The position numbers and the translations under genes were made by a program. A DNA stretch of 64,000 nucleotides, taken from contig JBFYLO010000011.1 in assembly GCA_041305385.1 (NCBI GenBank), positions 8,577-72,576 on the forward strand, written 5' to 3'. Within the stretch, counting starts at the first letter, position 1, and every line of letters starts with the position of its first letter. A model generated the notes under the pieces. The model was not told where the DNA came from. It was given only the letters and a program-made list of their open reading frames with translations, and made no database searches. Positions 45,767-55,011 of this stretch are shown here, piece after piece. Source of the stretch: Candidatus Micrarchaeota archaeon (GTDB lineage Archaea > Micrarchaeota > Micrarchaeia > Burarchaeales > JAKAKT01).

Positions 45767-46240
45767 TTATTTTTTTCTCGGGGTCGCCTTGAGCTTCTGC
45801 GCCCTTTCCGACTTTTTCTCGAGCGAGTCCTTGAGCTCAACGAGCAAATCCTCATCTGGCTTGGAAAGTGCCGCCTCCATCCTCGCGAGGGCATTGGCGG
45901 AAATCTTGTCCTTGAGGAGCGACTCGAGGGTTTCCAAATCCTTCTCGCTGAACGGAGCCTTTCCAGCCTTAACATTCTCGTAGGCCTTCTCAAGAATCGC
46001 GATTATCTCATCCATGTCATCAGGGGGAATGCCCGCCAGGTCCAGGACCGTTGCGATTCCCTGGGCGAGGACCTCGTCCCTCTCCTCGGCTTCGGATATT
46101 ATCTGCTCGAGCTTCCTTGTTTCGGAAGGCGAGAACTCCGCGCCCTTTGCAGCTGCCATTACTTTTGAGCAGAACTGGCTCCGCTTTCTTTTGCTGTCCG
46201 AAGTTTTTGAGATTTCCATTTTCTGCATCCGAATACCCAA
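45767..46240 (-). CDS. Hypothetical acidic alpha-helical protein
   Basis: 157-aa ORF, predicted all-alpha, Glu/Lys-rich. Confidence 0.3.
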   Translation of the reverse strand: MGIRMQKMEISKTSDSKRKRSQFCSKVMAAAKGAEFSPSETRKLEQIISEAEERDEVLAQGIATVLDLAGIPPDDMDEIIAILEKAYENVKAGKAPFSEKDLETLESLLKDKISANALARMEAALSKPDEDLLVELKDSLEKKSERAQKLKATPRKK

Positions 46241-46283
46241 CAGTTTAAAGCATTGCTATTAAATAAATACTTTCGGTGTTTTA

Positions 46284-47063
46284 ATGCGCGGGGGAAAGGC
46301 CAGGAAAAGAAGGCAGGCGAAGCAGGAGCAGGCCCCCCCAGGGAAATTTCTCAGGGATGCGTTCATCCCCAATTTTTCAGGCTCGAAATGGCTTATGCTC
46401 GCGATACTCGTGGCCACGGGCCTGTTCCTAACCTACTTCATCACGCGGCCAATCCCCCCTCCAATCGTCGTCTCCTACGCAGACCCCCTCGTGCCTCTCA
46501 CAGGGCTGAAGATGGTCTCCGGCGAAAACTACGTTTATTCCTGGTCAGACCCGCAGCTCGGGGAAGTTCGCATTGAGAATAAGGTCGGGAACCTGGCGGG
46601 TGAATGCCTGCTGGTTACCACCGAGTCAAACAACGCCACAATCCCTTTCTGCCTGGATGGGAAGACCGGGGAGCCGATTGACCCCTCGAGGCAGGGCCAG
46701 ACCCTGAACGTCAGCCCGCAGTTTTTCCAGTCCTGGATGCTTGCCCTCACCGATGGCTGGACCTGGAGGGCGAGCGTGAACACGACTGTCGAATGGCTCG
46801 GCTCATCCGAGACCATCGAGTCGGCTTCGAACTACCGGGTCGCAGCGAGAGGCACAGTCAAGGGGAGGGAGGCCTTCAAGGTGCTCATTGAGACTTCAAT
46901 GGCCAGAATCAGCAATGAGAAGAGGTATCCATCGGAAACTGCGACCCAGGTCGTCTGGGTGGATGCAGAAAAAAGGGTCCTTCTCTATGCAGGCTCCGAG
47001 GAGGGTCACCTCGAGCTGATGGAGGCGCCATTCAAAGTCGAGCCCTACTCAGAGCCGAAATAA
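46284..47063 (+). CDS. N-terminally membrane-anchored extracellular protein, hypothetical
   Basis: Basic N-terminus, a single TM helix (WLMLAILVATGLFLTYFI), and a beta-rich ectodomain with N-glycosylation-like sequons. Confidence 0.4.
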   Translation: MRGGKARKRRQAKQEQAPPGKFLRDAFIPNFSGSKWLMLAILVATGLFLTYFITRPIPPPIVVSYADPLVPLTGLKMVSGENYVYSWSDPQLGEVRIENKVGNLAGECLLVTTESNNATIPFCLDGKTGEPIDPSRQGQTLNVSPQFFQSWMLALTDGWTWRASVNTTVEWLGSSETIESASNYRVAARGTVKGREAFKVLIETSMARISNEKRYPSETATQVVWVDAEKRVLLYAGSEEGHLELMEAPFKVEPYSEPK

Positions 47064-47066
47064 CTG

Positions 47067-48035
47067 CTAAAGATTGAGTAGCCCAATCCTCTTCGCATAG
47101 CCAACCACTTCATCGTATTCCTCCTTCCTCAGCGTTCTCCCCATCTCCCCTTTCGCTTTGTACTCCGGCTTGTACTGGTCCATTATGTTGACCCTGGTCC
47201 CCGGGCCGAGGTTCTTCCTTATCCACTTGAGAATGGGCTTCGAGCAGCACTCGGCGTGCCCGGGCAGGAGGAGGTGGCGGATGAGGAGGTCGGAGCTCTT
47301 CGAGGCGAGCAGGTGGTTTCTCGAGACGACCTCAAAATAATTTTCAGCTCCTGAGAACCTCTCAGCGCACCCGTCATTCCCATACTTGAAATCGCCCAGG
47401 AAAAGGTCCACAACTCCGTCGAGCAGCCTCATCGATTCCTCGCTCATGTACATGTTCGAGTTCCAGACGACTGGCAAATCCGCCTCCAGCAAAAGGAGGG
47501 AATTGAGTATGTTGTGGAGATTAGGCGTTGGTTCGCCCCCCACAAAGTTCACGTTTCTTATCCCGTTCCTCATCCCGCTTACCCAGGCTGCAATCATCTG
47601 CGGGGTCCATAGGTACCCGCCCTTCGGGTCCTGGCTTATCTCCCAGTTCTGGCAGAAGCAGCATTCGAAGTTGCAGCCGGAGAAGAATATGGTTCCCGAG
47701 GGCACGAGTTCCGCCTCCTCCCCAAGGTGGACGAAGGCCGACGAGACGAAGGAATCCTTCCCAACCCTGCAGAAGCCAAGCTTCTTTCTCCTGTCGACCT
47801 TGCACCTTCGCTCGCAGAAGATGCAGGATTCGAGAATCTTTTCCGAGATGTAGGACTTCAGGCCGAGAAGAGAGAATTCGCCATCGCTTTTCCCCTCGAG
47901 AGCTTTCTCGTGCTTTTTCCACGCATCCTCGAGGTTTCTGGGCTTTTCAGCATGCGTTCTCTTTGCAATGAGATACTTCGGCTTCGCCTTCCCTTCGAGA
48001 ATTGAAAAATATCTTTTCAGCGGCGAGGATTTCAT
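47067..48035 (-). CDS. Radical SAM protein, PflX/pyruvate-formate-lyase-activating-enzyme-like
   Basis: CNFECCFCQNW (CxxxCxxC) and the conserved PflX N-terminal Cys pair CIFCERRC. Confidence 0.7.
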   Translation of the reverse strand: MKSSPLKRYFSILEGKAKPKYLIAKRTHAEKPRNLEDAWKKHEKALEGKSDGEFSLLGLKSYISEKILESCIFCERRCKVDRRKKLGFCRVGKDSFVSSAFVHLGEEAELVPSGTIFFSGCNFECCFCQNWEISQDPKGGYLWTPQMIAAWVSGMRNGIRNVNFVGGEPTPNLHNILNSLLLLEADLPVVWNSNMYMSEESMRLLDGVVDLFLGDFKYGNDGCAERFSGAENYFEVVSRNHLLASKSSDLLIRHLLLPGHAECCSKPILKWIRKNLGPGTRVNIMDQYKPEYKAKGEMGRTLRKEEYDEVVGYAKRIGLLNL

Positions 48036-48219
48036 CTTATCTCACTTTCGAGTAAACGGTCCCGATAATTTTTCTAAGAGCGCGCGGCCCTTCATCCTCG
48101 AAATAATATGAAATGAAAATCTTTCCAGAATACATTTAACCCCGAAAACCAGCACCAGAAAAATGAAAATGTACGTAAATTTCATTTTCGCACCGGTTCA
48201 CTATCTTAATTTAAACTAT

Positions 48220-48951
48220 TTAATAGGGTGTCTGAGCTCTGACCGTCACCGTTCCTACTATAGTCCTTATGTTTGCGCTTCCTTCATCAGCAAAGTAGTA
48301 CCTGACGTACAGCTTACCGTTGTATTGTTGACCGGAGGCGAGGTTGCCACCAATAACTATGCTGTCTCCATTCGCGTCAGTGCACAATAATGGGTCATTG
48401 GGCGAGAAAGCCTGACCCATTGAAGCTGAAATGTCTTGAGCTTCAAAATCCGTTGGGCCGATTTCCTGGGTGCATTTCATGCCTACGAAATGAATGGTCT
48501 TCTGCAACCCATTAACTAGAGTTACGTTCAAGGTTCCATCAGTGGACAAATACGTCTTCTGGCAGTTTATTCCTGCAGGCATCATGCAGATTTCTGGGCT
48601 GCCAGGATAGCACTCGCTCGTATACGAAAGCAAAACAATCAAACAGGATATCCCCAATAAATTGAATAATAGCACCGATATTCCCCCCCAAACCCACTTC
48701 TTTTTATCTATCTGCTTTCTGGTAATAAACCAAAACACCAAAGCAAAAAGAGAAATAACGACCGAAAAACCGAAATACGGCAATTCTACATGGTGTGCGC
48801 AATCGTCTATCAATAAGAAAAAAATGTTATACGTCAGAGCGAGAACAAGCAGGGCGAGAGAGATTTTGGACAGGTTCTGCGGCAGTCTCATGTGTGTTTT
48901 TTGTTCTGAAGAAGTTCTTATCTTTTTCGTTCGAAATGATTTGGTTCTCAC
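48220..48951 (-). CDS. Membrane protein with extracellular C-terminal domain, hypothetical (AT-rich island)
   Basis: Three TM helices then a Cys-containing beta-rich domain. The alternative ATG at 48891 would remove the 4-bp overlap with htpX. Confidence 0.4.
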   Translation of the reverse strand: MRTKSFRTKKIRTSSEQKTHMRLPQNLSKISLALLVLALTYNIFFLLIDDCAHHVELPYFGFSVVISLFALVFWFITRKQIDKKKWVWGGISVLLFNLLGISCLIVLLSYTSECYPGSPEICMMPAGINCQKTYLSTDGTLNVTLVNGLQKTIHFVGMKCTQEIGPTDFEAQDISASMGQAFSPNDPLLCTDANGDSIVIGGNLASGQQYNGKLYVRYYFADEGSANIRTIVGTVTVRAQTPY

Positions 48952-49859
48952 ATCGACCTCAACCGCTTTATCCTGTCCTCTATCGGCGGATGAGTCGAAA
49001 ACAGCCCCGAGAGCAGCTTTCCCTTCAATGGGTTTGAGATGTAGAGTGGGGCGGTCGCATCGGTCGCGTGCTGAAGCTGGTGGTTGTCCTTCGAGATTTT
49101 CTCCAGGGCACTGGCGAGCCCGTCAGGATATCTCGTAAGCAGCGCCCCGCTCGCATCCGCCAGGTATTCCCTGTTCCTAGAGAGCGCAAGCCTTACAAGC
49201 TGGGCAAATATCGGGGCCAATATCGCTAGGACAAGCGAGATGAGCACTATCACCCCGGCTCCCCCGCCTTTCCTCCCCCCGCCTCCCCCTATGTTCCCCC
49301 TCAGGCCGATTCTGAGCATGAAGTCGCTGATGAGGGCTATGAACCCGACCATAACAACGGCGAAAGTCGCGAGCCTTATGTCGTAGTTCTTTATGTGCGC
49401 CATCTCGTGGCCTATCACTCCTTCGAGCTCGTACCTGCCCACGATGTTCAGGAGCCCGGTGGTGACTGCAATCGCCGAGTGCTTGGGGTCCCTCCCAGTG
49501 GCAAAGGCATTGGGGGCGGGGTCCTCAATCACATAGACCTTCGGCATGGGGATGCCGGCTGCTATGGAAAGCCCCTCGACTGTGTTGTAGAGGTGCGGGA
49601 ATTCGCTCTTCTCAGCAGGCCTTGCCCCGGATATGGAAAGGACGAGCTTGTCGCTGTAGTAATAGCTGAATATGGACGAGGCAATGGCAACAATCATGAG
49701 GACCGGGAAAAGCGCGAACCCGAGCCCCCCCATATCCCAGAAAATACCGAGTGCCTCGGCGAATATGAAGGCGGTGAAAAGCACGAAAATGATGAAGAAT
49801 GCGATTATGGCCATCGATTTCCTTTTGTTCCAAGTTATCTCGTCGTAGAGAAGGGCCAA
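48948..49859 (-). CDS. htpX: Zinc metalloprotease HtpX (peptidase M48)
   Basis: HEMAHIKNYD (HExxH), four TM helices, and a C-terminal STHPPIEDRI. Confidence 0.88.
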   Translation of the reverse strand: MALLYDEITWNKRKSMAIIAFFIIFVLFTAFIFAEALGIFWDMGGLGFALFPVLMIVAIASSIFSYYYSDKLVLSISGARPAEKSEFPHLYNTVEGLSIAAGIPMPKVYVIEDPAPNAFATGRDPKHSAIAVTTGLLNIVGRYELEGVIGHEMAHIKNYDIRLATFAVVMVGFIALISDFMLRIGLRGNIGGGGGRKGGGAGVIVLISLVLAILAPIFAQLVRLALSRNREYLADASGALLTRYPDGLASALEKISKDNHQLQHATDATAPLYISNPLKGKLLSGLFSTHPPIEDRIKRLRSM

Positions 49860-49896
49860 GCAAACAACCTCGCTCGTTTTATGTCATTTTGAATTA

Positions 49897-51582
49897 TTAA
49901 CTTTTCTGAGCTGGGGGCTCCCAGACTTCGTAGCCTGCCTCGAGAGCCCTGGCGGGGTCCCTGACATAAACTACAGTGAAGTTGCTCGAATGCTTGTTTT
50001 CAAGCATGCACTCAAAATCCGTCGGGTTATAACACGTGGGGCAGGAGAGTTTTAGCCGTCCGTATCCCCTAGTTATGTTGACTAAGTTGAGCGCCCCGGA
50101 ATCTGAACCTAAATAAGTTATCACCACATAGTCTGTCTTTAATTCCGGGTCTCTGAACTCCCCACAGGATACGTTCGACCAGCTATGGCAAAAGTAGGTT
50201 TTCAACCCAGTGTAGTGCATAAGGGGGACCTCAACATTGTTCATCTTTACGGTCTCGGCATTACTCCTCTTCATACGGTTTATCGGTTCAATAAAACAAC
50301 TGTACAAAAGCTTGGGTGGCTCGTTCACGATTCTAAAATAATTCGGTATTGTCTGGCCGGGGTCATATCCTATGTGAAAGAGGTATAAGGTTTTTTCGTT
50401 GAAGAGCCCATAGCATGACCACAGCAAGGGAGTCTTGATAAGCACATTCTGTTCAAAAATAATCGCAGGCGGAAAAAAGAAGACGCATGATACCAGGTAT
50501 CCCACCATTACTTGGGAAAGCAGAGGTAACCTCCTGTGCAGGAACTCGATTAGTCCCGCACTAATGAAATACGCCAGGGGCATGAGCGGGGCAATGAACC
50601 TCAACGCCCAGTAATCAACAAACGACAAAGCCACGATGCTAAAAACAAAAAGCAAAACAATTAAACTGAAAAATGGGTCTGCTTTTAAGGGTTGCTTCTT
50701 CAGGAGAGCAACGAAAAACGCAATCAGCAACAGCGGGTAAAAAAGGAACTGCCCCAGGTTTCCGACATAGCCCAAAACGTTCAAAACAAATGCATCTTGG
50801 CCTGCAGACGATTTCCCGGCTTTTTCCCACATCTTAACATAGGCTAGCCACGGGGCAGTAAGAAGCAAGAACGAAATTCCCAGCACAGCAATCCAGGCAA
50901 TCGTCTGCCTCCTGCGCTCAGGGGCCTCGAAAACCAGATAATGGATGCAAAATGCCCCGAAAACTGCAACTGAAAGCACGAAGTTTGAGGAGTGGAAGAG
51001 AGCGGCGTTTGATAGAACGAACAGGGCGCCCATCGCAAGAGTTCTTTTTTCCCTCAGTTTCAAATAACTGTAAAAGGCGATTCCAAACAAAAGGCAAGTG
51101 AGCGAATAATACCTCCCTTGTCTAAACAGCGCAAGCATCGGGACTGATGTGGCCATCAGGAAAAGAAAAAAAAGGCGCGGCCAAAGAGACAGCCTGTCCT
51201 TCAATAAACAATACCACAAAACAACTGATAGAACGCCGAACAATGCAAACGGCGCCCTCGCAGAGAAGTTGCTCTCCCCCAGAACCTTGAAGGAGAATGC
51301 AGTTATGTAATACGGGAACCAGGTGTGTTGCGTGTGGATGAAATCTTCATTATAATCGGCGTCATTCATCCATTTAGCCCCTATAGTCACCAAGTTTTTT
51401 CCGTCATAAACCAAGGGCAGGCCAGTCCTAAGGATGTTCTTTGCAATCATTGCGCTCTCGGCTTCATCCCACCAAAGGTATTCCGCGCCCAAATTCCAGA
51501 ATAGGAGAATAAAGAATATGAAAAACATTGCAGCTGCTGCGAGATTTTCTAGGTTTAAGGCGACTTTTGGCAAAGGTCGCAT
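49897..51582 (-). CDS. GT-C fold membrane glycosyltransferase (ArnT/PMT-like, family 39/83-like)
   Basis: About 12 TM helices and a WWDEAE motif in the first extracytoplasmic loop (the DE catalytic motif of ArnT/PMT enzymes). ATG at 51582 is chosen to avoid overlapping lemA. It lies in an AT-rich region. Confidence 0.5.
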   Translation of the reverse strand: MRPLPKVALNLENLAAAAMFFIFFILLFWNLGAEYLWWDEAESAMIAKNILRTGLPLVYDGKNLVTIGAKWMNDADYNEDFIHTQHTWFPYYITAFSFKVLGESNFSARAPFALFGVLSVVLWYCLLKDRLSLWPRLFFLFLMATSVPMLALFRQGRYYSLTCLLFGIAFYSYLKLREKRTLAMGALFVLSNAALFHSSNFVLSVAVFGAFCIHYLVFEAPERRRQTIAWIAVLGISFLLLTAPWLAYVKMWEKAGKSSAGQDAFVLNVLGYVGNLGQFLFYPLLLIAFFVALLKKQPLKADPFFSLIVLLFVFSIVALSFVDYWALRFIAPLMPLAYFISAGLIEFLHRRLPLLSQVMVGYLVSCVFFFPPAIIFEQNVLIKTPLLWSCYGLFNEKTLYLFHIGYDPGQTIPNYFRIVNEPPKLLYSCFIEPINRMKRSNAETVKMNNVEVPLMHYTGLKTYFCHSWSNVSCGEFRDPELKTDYVVITYLGSDSGALNLVNITRGYGRLKLSCPTCYNPTDFECMLENKHSSNFTVVYVRDPARALEAGYEVWEPPAQKS

Positions 51583-51592
51583 CTCACCACTT

Positions 51593-52171
51593 TCAGAACT
51601 CAACCTTCACTGGTCCTCGCGCAGCCTCTTCAGTTTCGAAGTATTCCCTTATCTTGAAACCCAGAATCGAGGCAATCAGGTTGGACGGGAACATCTGGAC
51701 CTTGTTGTTGTAGCTCATCACGTTGTCGTTGTAGAACTGGCGCGCGTAGGCAATCTTGCTCTCGGTCCCGGCGAGCTCCTCCTGGAGCATCTTGAAGTTC
51801 TCGTTGGCCTTCAGCTGCGGGTAGTTCTCAGCCACTGCGAAGAGGCTCTTCAGAGTCTGGGTGAGCATATTGCTGGCCTGGGCCTTGTCCTTCACGCTGG
51901 TGCCATCCATGGCAGTGGCCATCTGGGCCCTGGCCTTGGTCACATTCTCGAAGACTTCCCTTTCGTGCTTGGCATAGCCCTTGACGGTGTTCACCAGGTT
52001 TGGTATGAGGTCGTACCTCCTCCTGAGCTGGACGTCAATCTGCGCCCATGCGTTGTTTATCTGGTTGCTCAGTGCAATCAGGCCGTTGTAGGTCAAAACA
52101 ACAAAGAGCAAAATTCCTAAAACTACGACCAGAAGCGCAATTCCGATGATCTCAAGCATCATCCTCACCAC
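51593..52171 (-). CDS. lemA: LemA family protein
   Basis: N-terminal TM, then [43 protein letters not shown] matching the LemA consensus. Confidence 0.8.
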   Translation of the reverse strand: MVRMMLEIIGIALLVVVLGILLFVVLTYNGLIALSNQINNAWAQIDVQLRRRYDLIPNLVNTVKGYAKHEREVFENVTKARAQMATAMDGTSVKDKAQASNMLTQTLKSLFAVAENYPQLKANENFKMLQEELAGTESKIAYARQFYNDNVMSYNNKVQMFPSNLIASILGFKIREYFETEEAARGPVKVEF

Positions 52172-52174
52172 CTC

Positions 52175-52342
52175 CTATTTTTTAACCGAAAGGGGTATCG
52201 CCCCCTTCCCAAATTCCGCGAATGCTATGTCGACCGGGTTTATCATCCCAGCGACTATCTCTACAAACGGCGGCGCGCCAAGGGAAAGCTGAAGCGCCCT
52301 GGCACCGATTATTCTAGCCTTTTCAAACCTGTTAAGCTGCAT
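52175..52342 (-). CDS. rpoK: DNA-directed RNA polymerase subunit K (Rpo6/Rpb6 homolog)
   Basis: Not in the ORF track (55 aa). Minus-strand translation gives MQLNRFEKARIIGARALQLSLGAPPFVEIVAGMINPVDIAFAEFGKGAIPLSVKK, the canonical RpoK motif RFEKARIIGARALQ. The stop is 3 nt from the lemA start. Confidence 0.8.
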   Translation of the reverse strand: MQLNRFEKARIIGARALQLSLGAPPFVEIVAGMINPVDIAFAEFGKGAIPLSVKK

Positions 52343-52419
52343 AGAAACCCCTCAACTCCTCTAATATGTCATCAATAGACTTTTTAGCCTTTTCCCCAAG
52401 GAAAACTTCCAGGAGCATG

Positions 52420-53598
52420 TCACCTGAGCAGGACTTCCAACACCTTCAGGAGTTGCGGCCTCCTGAGCAGCACCTTCTTAACCACCGGGATGAAGTTGCT
52501 CTTGAGAAGCTTGTCAATATCCTCGTCAGTGACCGTGCCAATGACTGCGTTCAGGTCGTCATCATTTAGTTTCTCGAGGACCTTCCTGAGCTTGAGCCTC
52601 TTGAGGAGCTTTGCCTCCCTCTTCCCCCTCCATGCAGTCTCATATTCGAAAAGGCTTTTTGCATCAGTCTTGTCCGCGAGCGCGCATTTCGCAGCAACCC
52701 TGCCAGCCATCATCCCGGCGTCCATGGCCAGGCAGATGCCTCCCCCATGAATCGGGTCGACCTGGTGCGCAGCAGTCCCTGCAACCATGAACCCATCGAG
52801 CACCAGCCCCTTCATGGGCGCGCCGACCGGAATGAGGCCCGCTTTCAGGGCCACTGGCTGGGCGTTTTTCAGTCTGTCAGTCTTCAGGAACCTGTTGAGA
52901 TATTCGATTGCATGGCCCTTCTCGTTCCCGCCTACCCCGACTCCCACATTCGCGACGTCCTTTCCCTTCGGGAATATCCAAACGTATCCGCGCGGCGCAT
53001 ATTCCCTTGTGAAGTATATCTCGATGAGGTCCTCGCAGTCGACGTTGACCATCTCGTACTCGGCCCCAAAGTCAGAGTCATACAATGTCGCAACTGAATT
53101 GATGCCCGCCATTCTTGCGACAGTGCTCTCCCCCCCGTCGCAGGCGATGAGGACTTTCGATTGGTATTCTGTCTTTCGCCCGTCGCTTTCTACGACCACT
53201 CCCGCGACCTTCCCCATGTCCTTCTTTACGCTGACTACCTCGCTCTTTATCATTATCTCGGCCCCTGCCCTTCCTGCCTCGAAAGCCAAGTCCTTATCGA
53301 AAACTTTCCTGTCAACGACGACTCCCTTGGTTTCTGCAGTTTTCACCTTTATGCTGTCCTTCATGTTCGGGGCAATAACCCGCGCTCCGTTGATGTGGGC
53401 GCTCACCGCCTTCTCGCTCATCTCCATCCCAAGCTCGGCAATCCAGTGGCCCCCAATCCCCTCACCGCACCTGACAGGAGCCCCGATTTCCTTCCTCCGC
53501 TCAATCACCAGAACTTCGGCTCCTGCCTTCGCCGCCTCCCTCGCAGCCATGCTCCCTGCCGGGCCAGCCCCGACAATGATTACGTCGTATTTCTCCAT
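52420..53598 (-). CDS. Geranylgeranyl reductase (digeranylgeranylglycerophospholipid reductase, FAD-dependent)
   Basis: MEKYDVIIVGAGPAGSMAAREAAKAGAEVLVIERR (FAD Rossmann), RCGEG, and a GGR-family C-terminal domain. Confidence 0.85.
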   Translation of the reverse strand: MEKYDVIIVGAGPAGSMAAREAAKAGAEVLVIERRKEIGAPVRCGEGIGGHWIAELGMEMSEKAVSAHINGARVIAPNMKDSIKVKTAETKGVVVDRKVFDKDLAFEAGRAGAEIMIKSEVVSVKKDMGKVAGVVVESDGRKTEYQSKVLIACDGGESTVARMAGINSVATLYDSDFGAEYEMVNVDCEDLIEIYFTREYAPRGYVWIFPKGKDVANVGVGVGGNEKGHAIEYLNRFLKTDRLKNAQPVALKAGLIPVGAPMKGLVLDGFMVAGTAAHQVDPIHGGGICLAMDAGMMAGRVAAKCALADKTDAKSLFEYETAWRGKREAKLLKRLKLRKVLEKLNDDDLNAVIGTVTDEDIDKLLKSNFIPVVKKVLLRRPQLLKVLEVLLR

Positions 53599-53662
53599 GA
53601 CCATCACCAATAACAAACCCGGCTCGAGTCTGCCACCTCGTTCATTTTTTTCTCCATGACCA

Positions 53663-53836
53663 TCATTTCTTCCTCACTGTTATCGCACCCATCGGGCAGG
53701 CCTTCTCGCAGTTCCCGCACGAGATGCACTTCTCATCGCAAAGGATCATCGTTTCCCTAAGCCTGAGCGCATCAACTGGGCAGACTGCCACGCAGGCGCC
53801 GCAATAAGCGCATTTGCTCTTGTCAACGTCTATCAT
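53663..53836 (-). CDS. 2x[4Fe-4S] ferredoxin (57 aa) upstream of geranylgeranyl reductase
   Basis: Not in the ORF track. Sequence is MIDVDKSKCAYCGACVAVCPVDALRLRETMILCDEKCISCGNCEKACPMGAITVRKK, with two CxxCxxCxxxCP clusters. Confidence 0.7.
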   Translation of the reverse strand: MIDVDKSKCAYCGACVAVCPVDALRLRETMILCDEKCISCGNCEKACPMGAITVRKK

Positions 53837-53900
53837 GAGACACTACCTCCTCTCCAGGATTAATCCCACTTATCATGAAAAATCAAATATAAAATAATAC

Positions 53901-54962
53901 CTATTTTTTCAGGGCAGTCTTCCATTTCTCTTCGATTCTCGCAATCGCAATCCTCTCGGCCCTCTCCCGCAGGCTCCTCCCAGGTTCCTCGAGGACCCCC
54001 ATGGTCGTTCTCCTCATCGAGTTGACCACTATCTCGGTCATGTCGACGACATTCCCGCCTATGTATTCCACGTGGGAGCTGAGGCTCGCCCCACCGCAGG
54101 CAAGTATGTCAGGGATGACATTGACGCCTCTTGCTTCGAGCATGGACTCCTCGTCTCTCCCAAGGACCCCCAGCTCTCCCTCGACCAGGATTCTCGGCCT
54201 TATCTCATTGGCGAGGTTTCGGTCTATTGCCGGAATGGTTATGAGCATCAGGTCCGTCTGTTCAGCAAGGGCCTGGGAAACAGTTGCAGGATTCCCCCTT
54301 GGAAATGCGTCAACCCTGCCCCCGGAATTCACGAGTTTGGCAAGGGATTCGACATCAAGCCCCTCCCTGTTTATCGTGGCCCCGTCCAGCTCACCGGCAG
54401 CCACCACCTTCACCCCGTTCCTCGCCAAGACCCTTGCCGCAAAGAGCCCGTCTCTCCCGAGCCCGAAAACAGATGCCTTCGCCCCGCCAATTTTCTCAAA
54501 ACCGAGCGCAGCCAGGGCACAGTTTGCAATCCCAAGTCCTGCCCCTCCCGCCTCGAAGGGAATCCCCCTGAGCTTCGACGGCTTTCCAGCAGCGCCCCGC
54601 ACATCCCCGCACGAATAGGCATAGAGCTCCATCACTTCCTCGCCCGCGCCCCTGCCAGGGCAGGCGACAAAGGAGTTGTTCGCAAGAGGGGCTATTGCAG
54701 ATGCGAATTCCCGAACATCCGCCTTCACGTTCTCGCCCTTCAGAAGGCAGGCGCACCCTCCTCCGAAAGGAACGCCGTGGAGCGAGTTCATGAACGTATA
54801 GCGCCTTGCGAGCTGGGAGGCGTATTCTATGGTGATTTTGTCAAGAAGATGGAGCCCCCCGAGCCCGGGGCCGAGAGCAGTGTTGTCTACTATCAACAAC
54901 CCGAGGCTGCCTGTTTGGGGCTTGTAAGCCTGCATGAGCCTCTCCGGGCCGTATTTGTCCAT
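53901..54962 (-). CDS. Glu/Leu/Phe/Val dehydrogenase-family protein (leucine-dehydrogenase-like) with catalytic Lys replaced by Cys
   Basis: MDKYGPERLMQAYKPQTGSLGLLIVDNTALGPGLGG aligns with the LeuDH N-terminus (MEKYDYEQLVF..GLKAIIAIHDTTLGPALGG). The GGGK motif reads GGGCACLLKG here. NAD-binding GLGRDG is present. ATG at 54962 is chosen rather than 55013. Confidence 0.6.
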   Translation of the reverse strand: MDKYGPERLMQAYKPQTGSLGLLIVDNTALGPGLGGLHLLDKITIEYASQLARRYTFMNSLHGVPFGGGCACLLKGENVKADVREFASAIAPLANNSFVACPGRGAGEEVMELYAYSCGDVRGAAGKPSKLRGIPFEAGGAGLGIANCALAALGFEKIGGAKASVFGLGRDGLFAARVLARNGVKVVAAGELDGATINREGLDVESLAKLVNSGGRVDAFPRGNPATVSQALAEQTDLMLITIPAIDRNLANEIRPRILVEGELGVLGRDEESMLEARGVNVIPDILACGGASLSSHVEYIGGNVVDMTEIVVNSMRRTTMGVLEEPGRSLRERAERIAIARIEEKWKTALKK

Positions 54963-55011
54963 GCAAGAACTTCTCATATCCCAATAAAAAGCCTTTTGGA
55001 GAAATACCATC

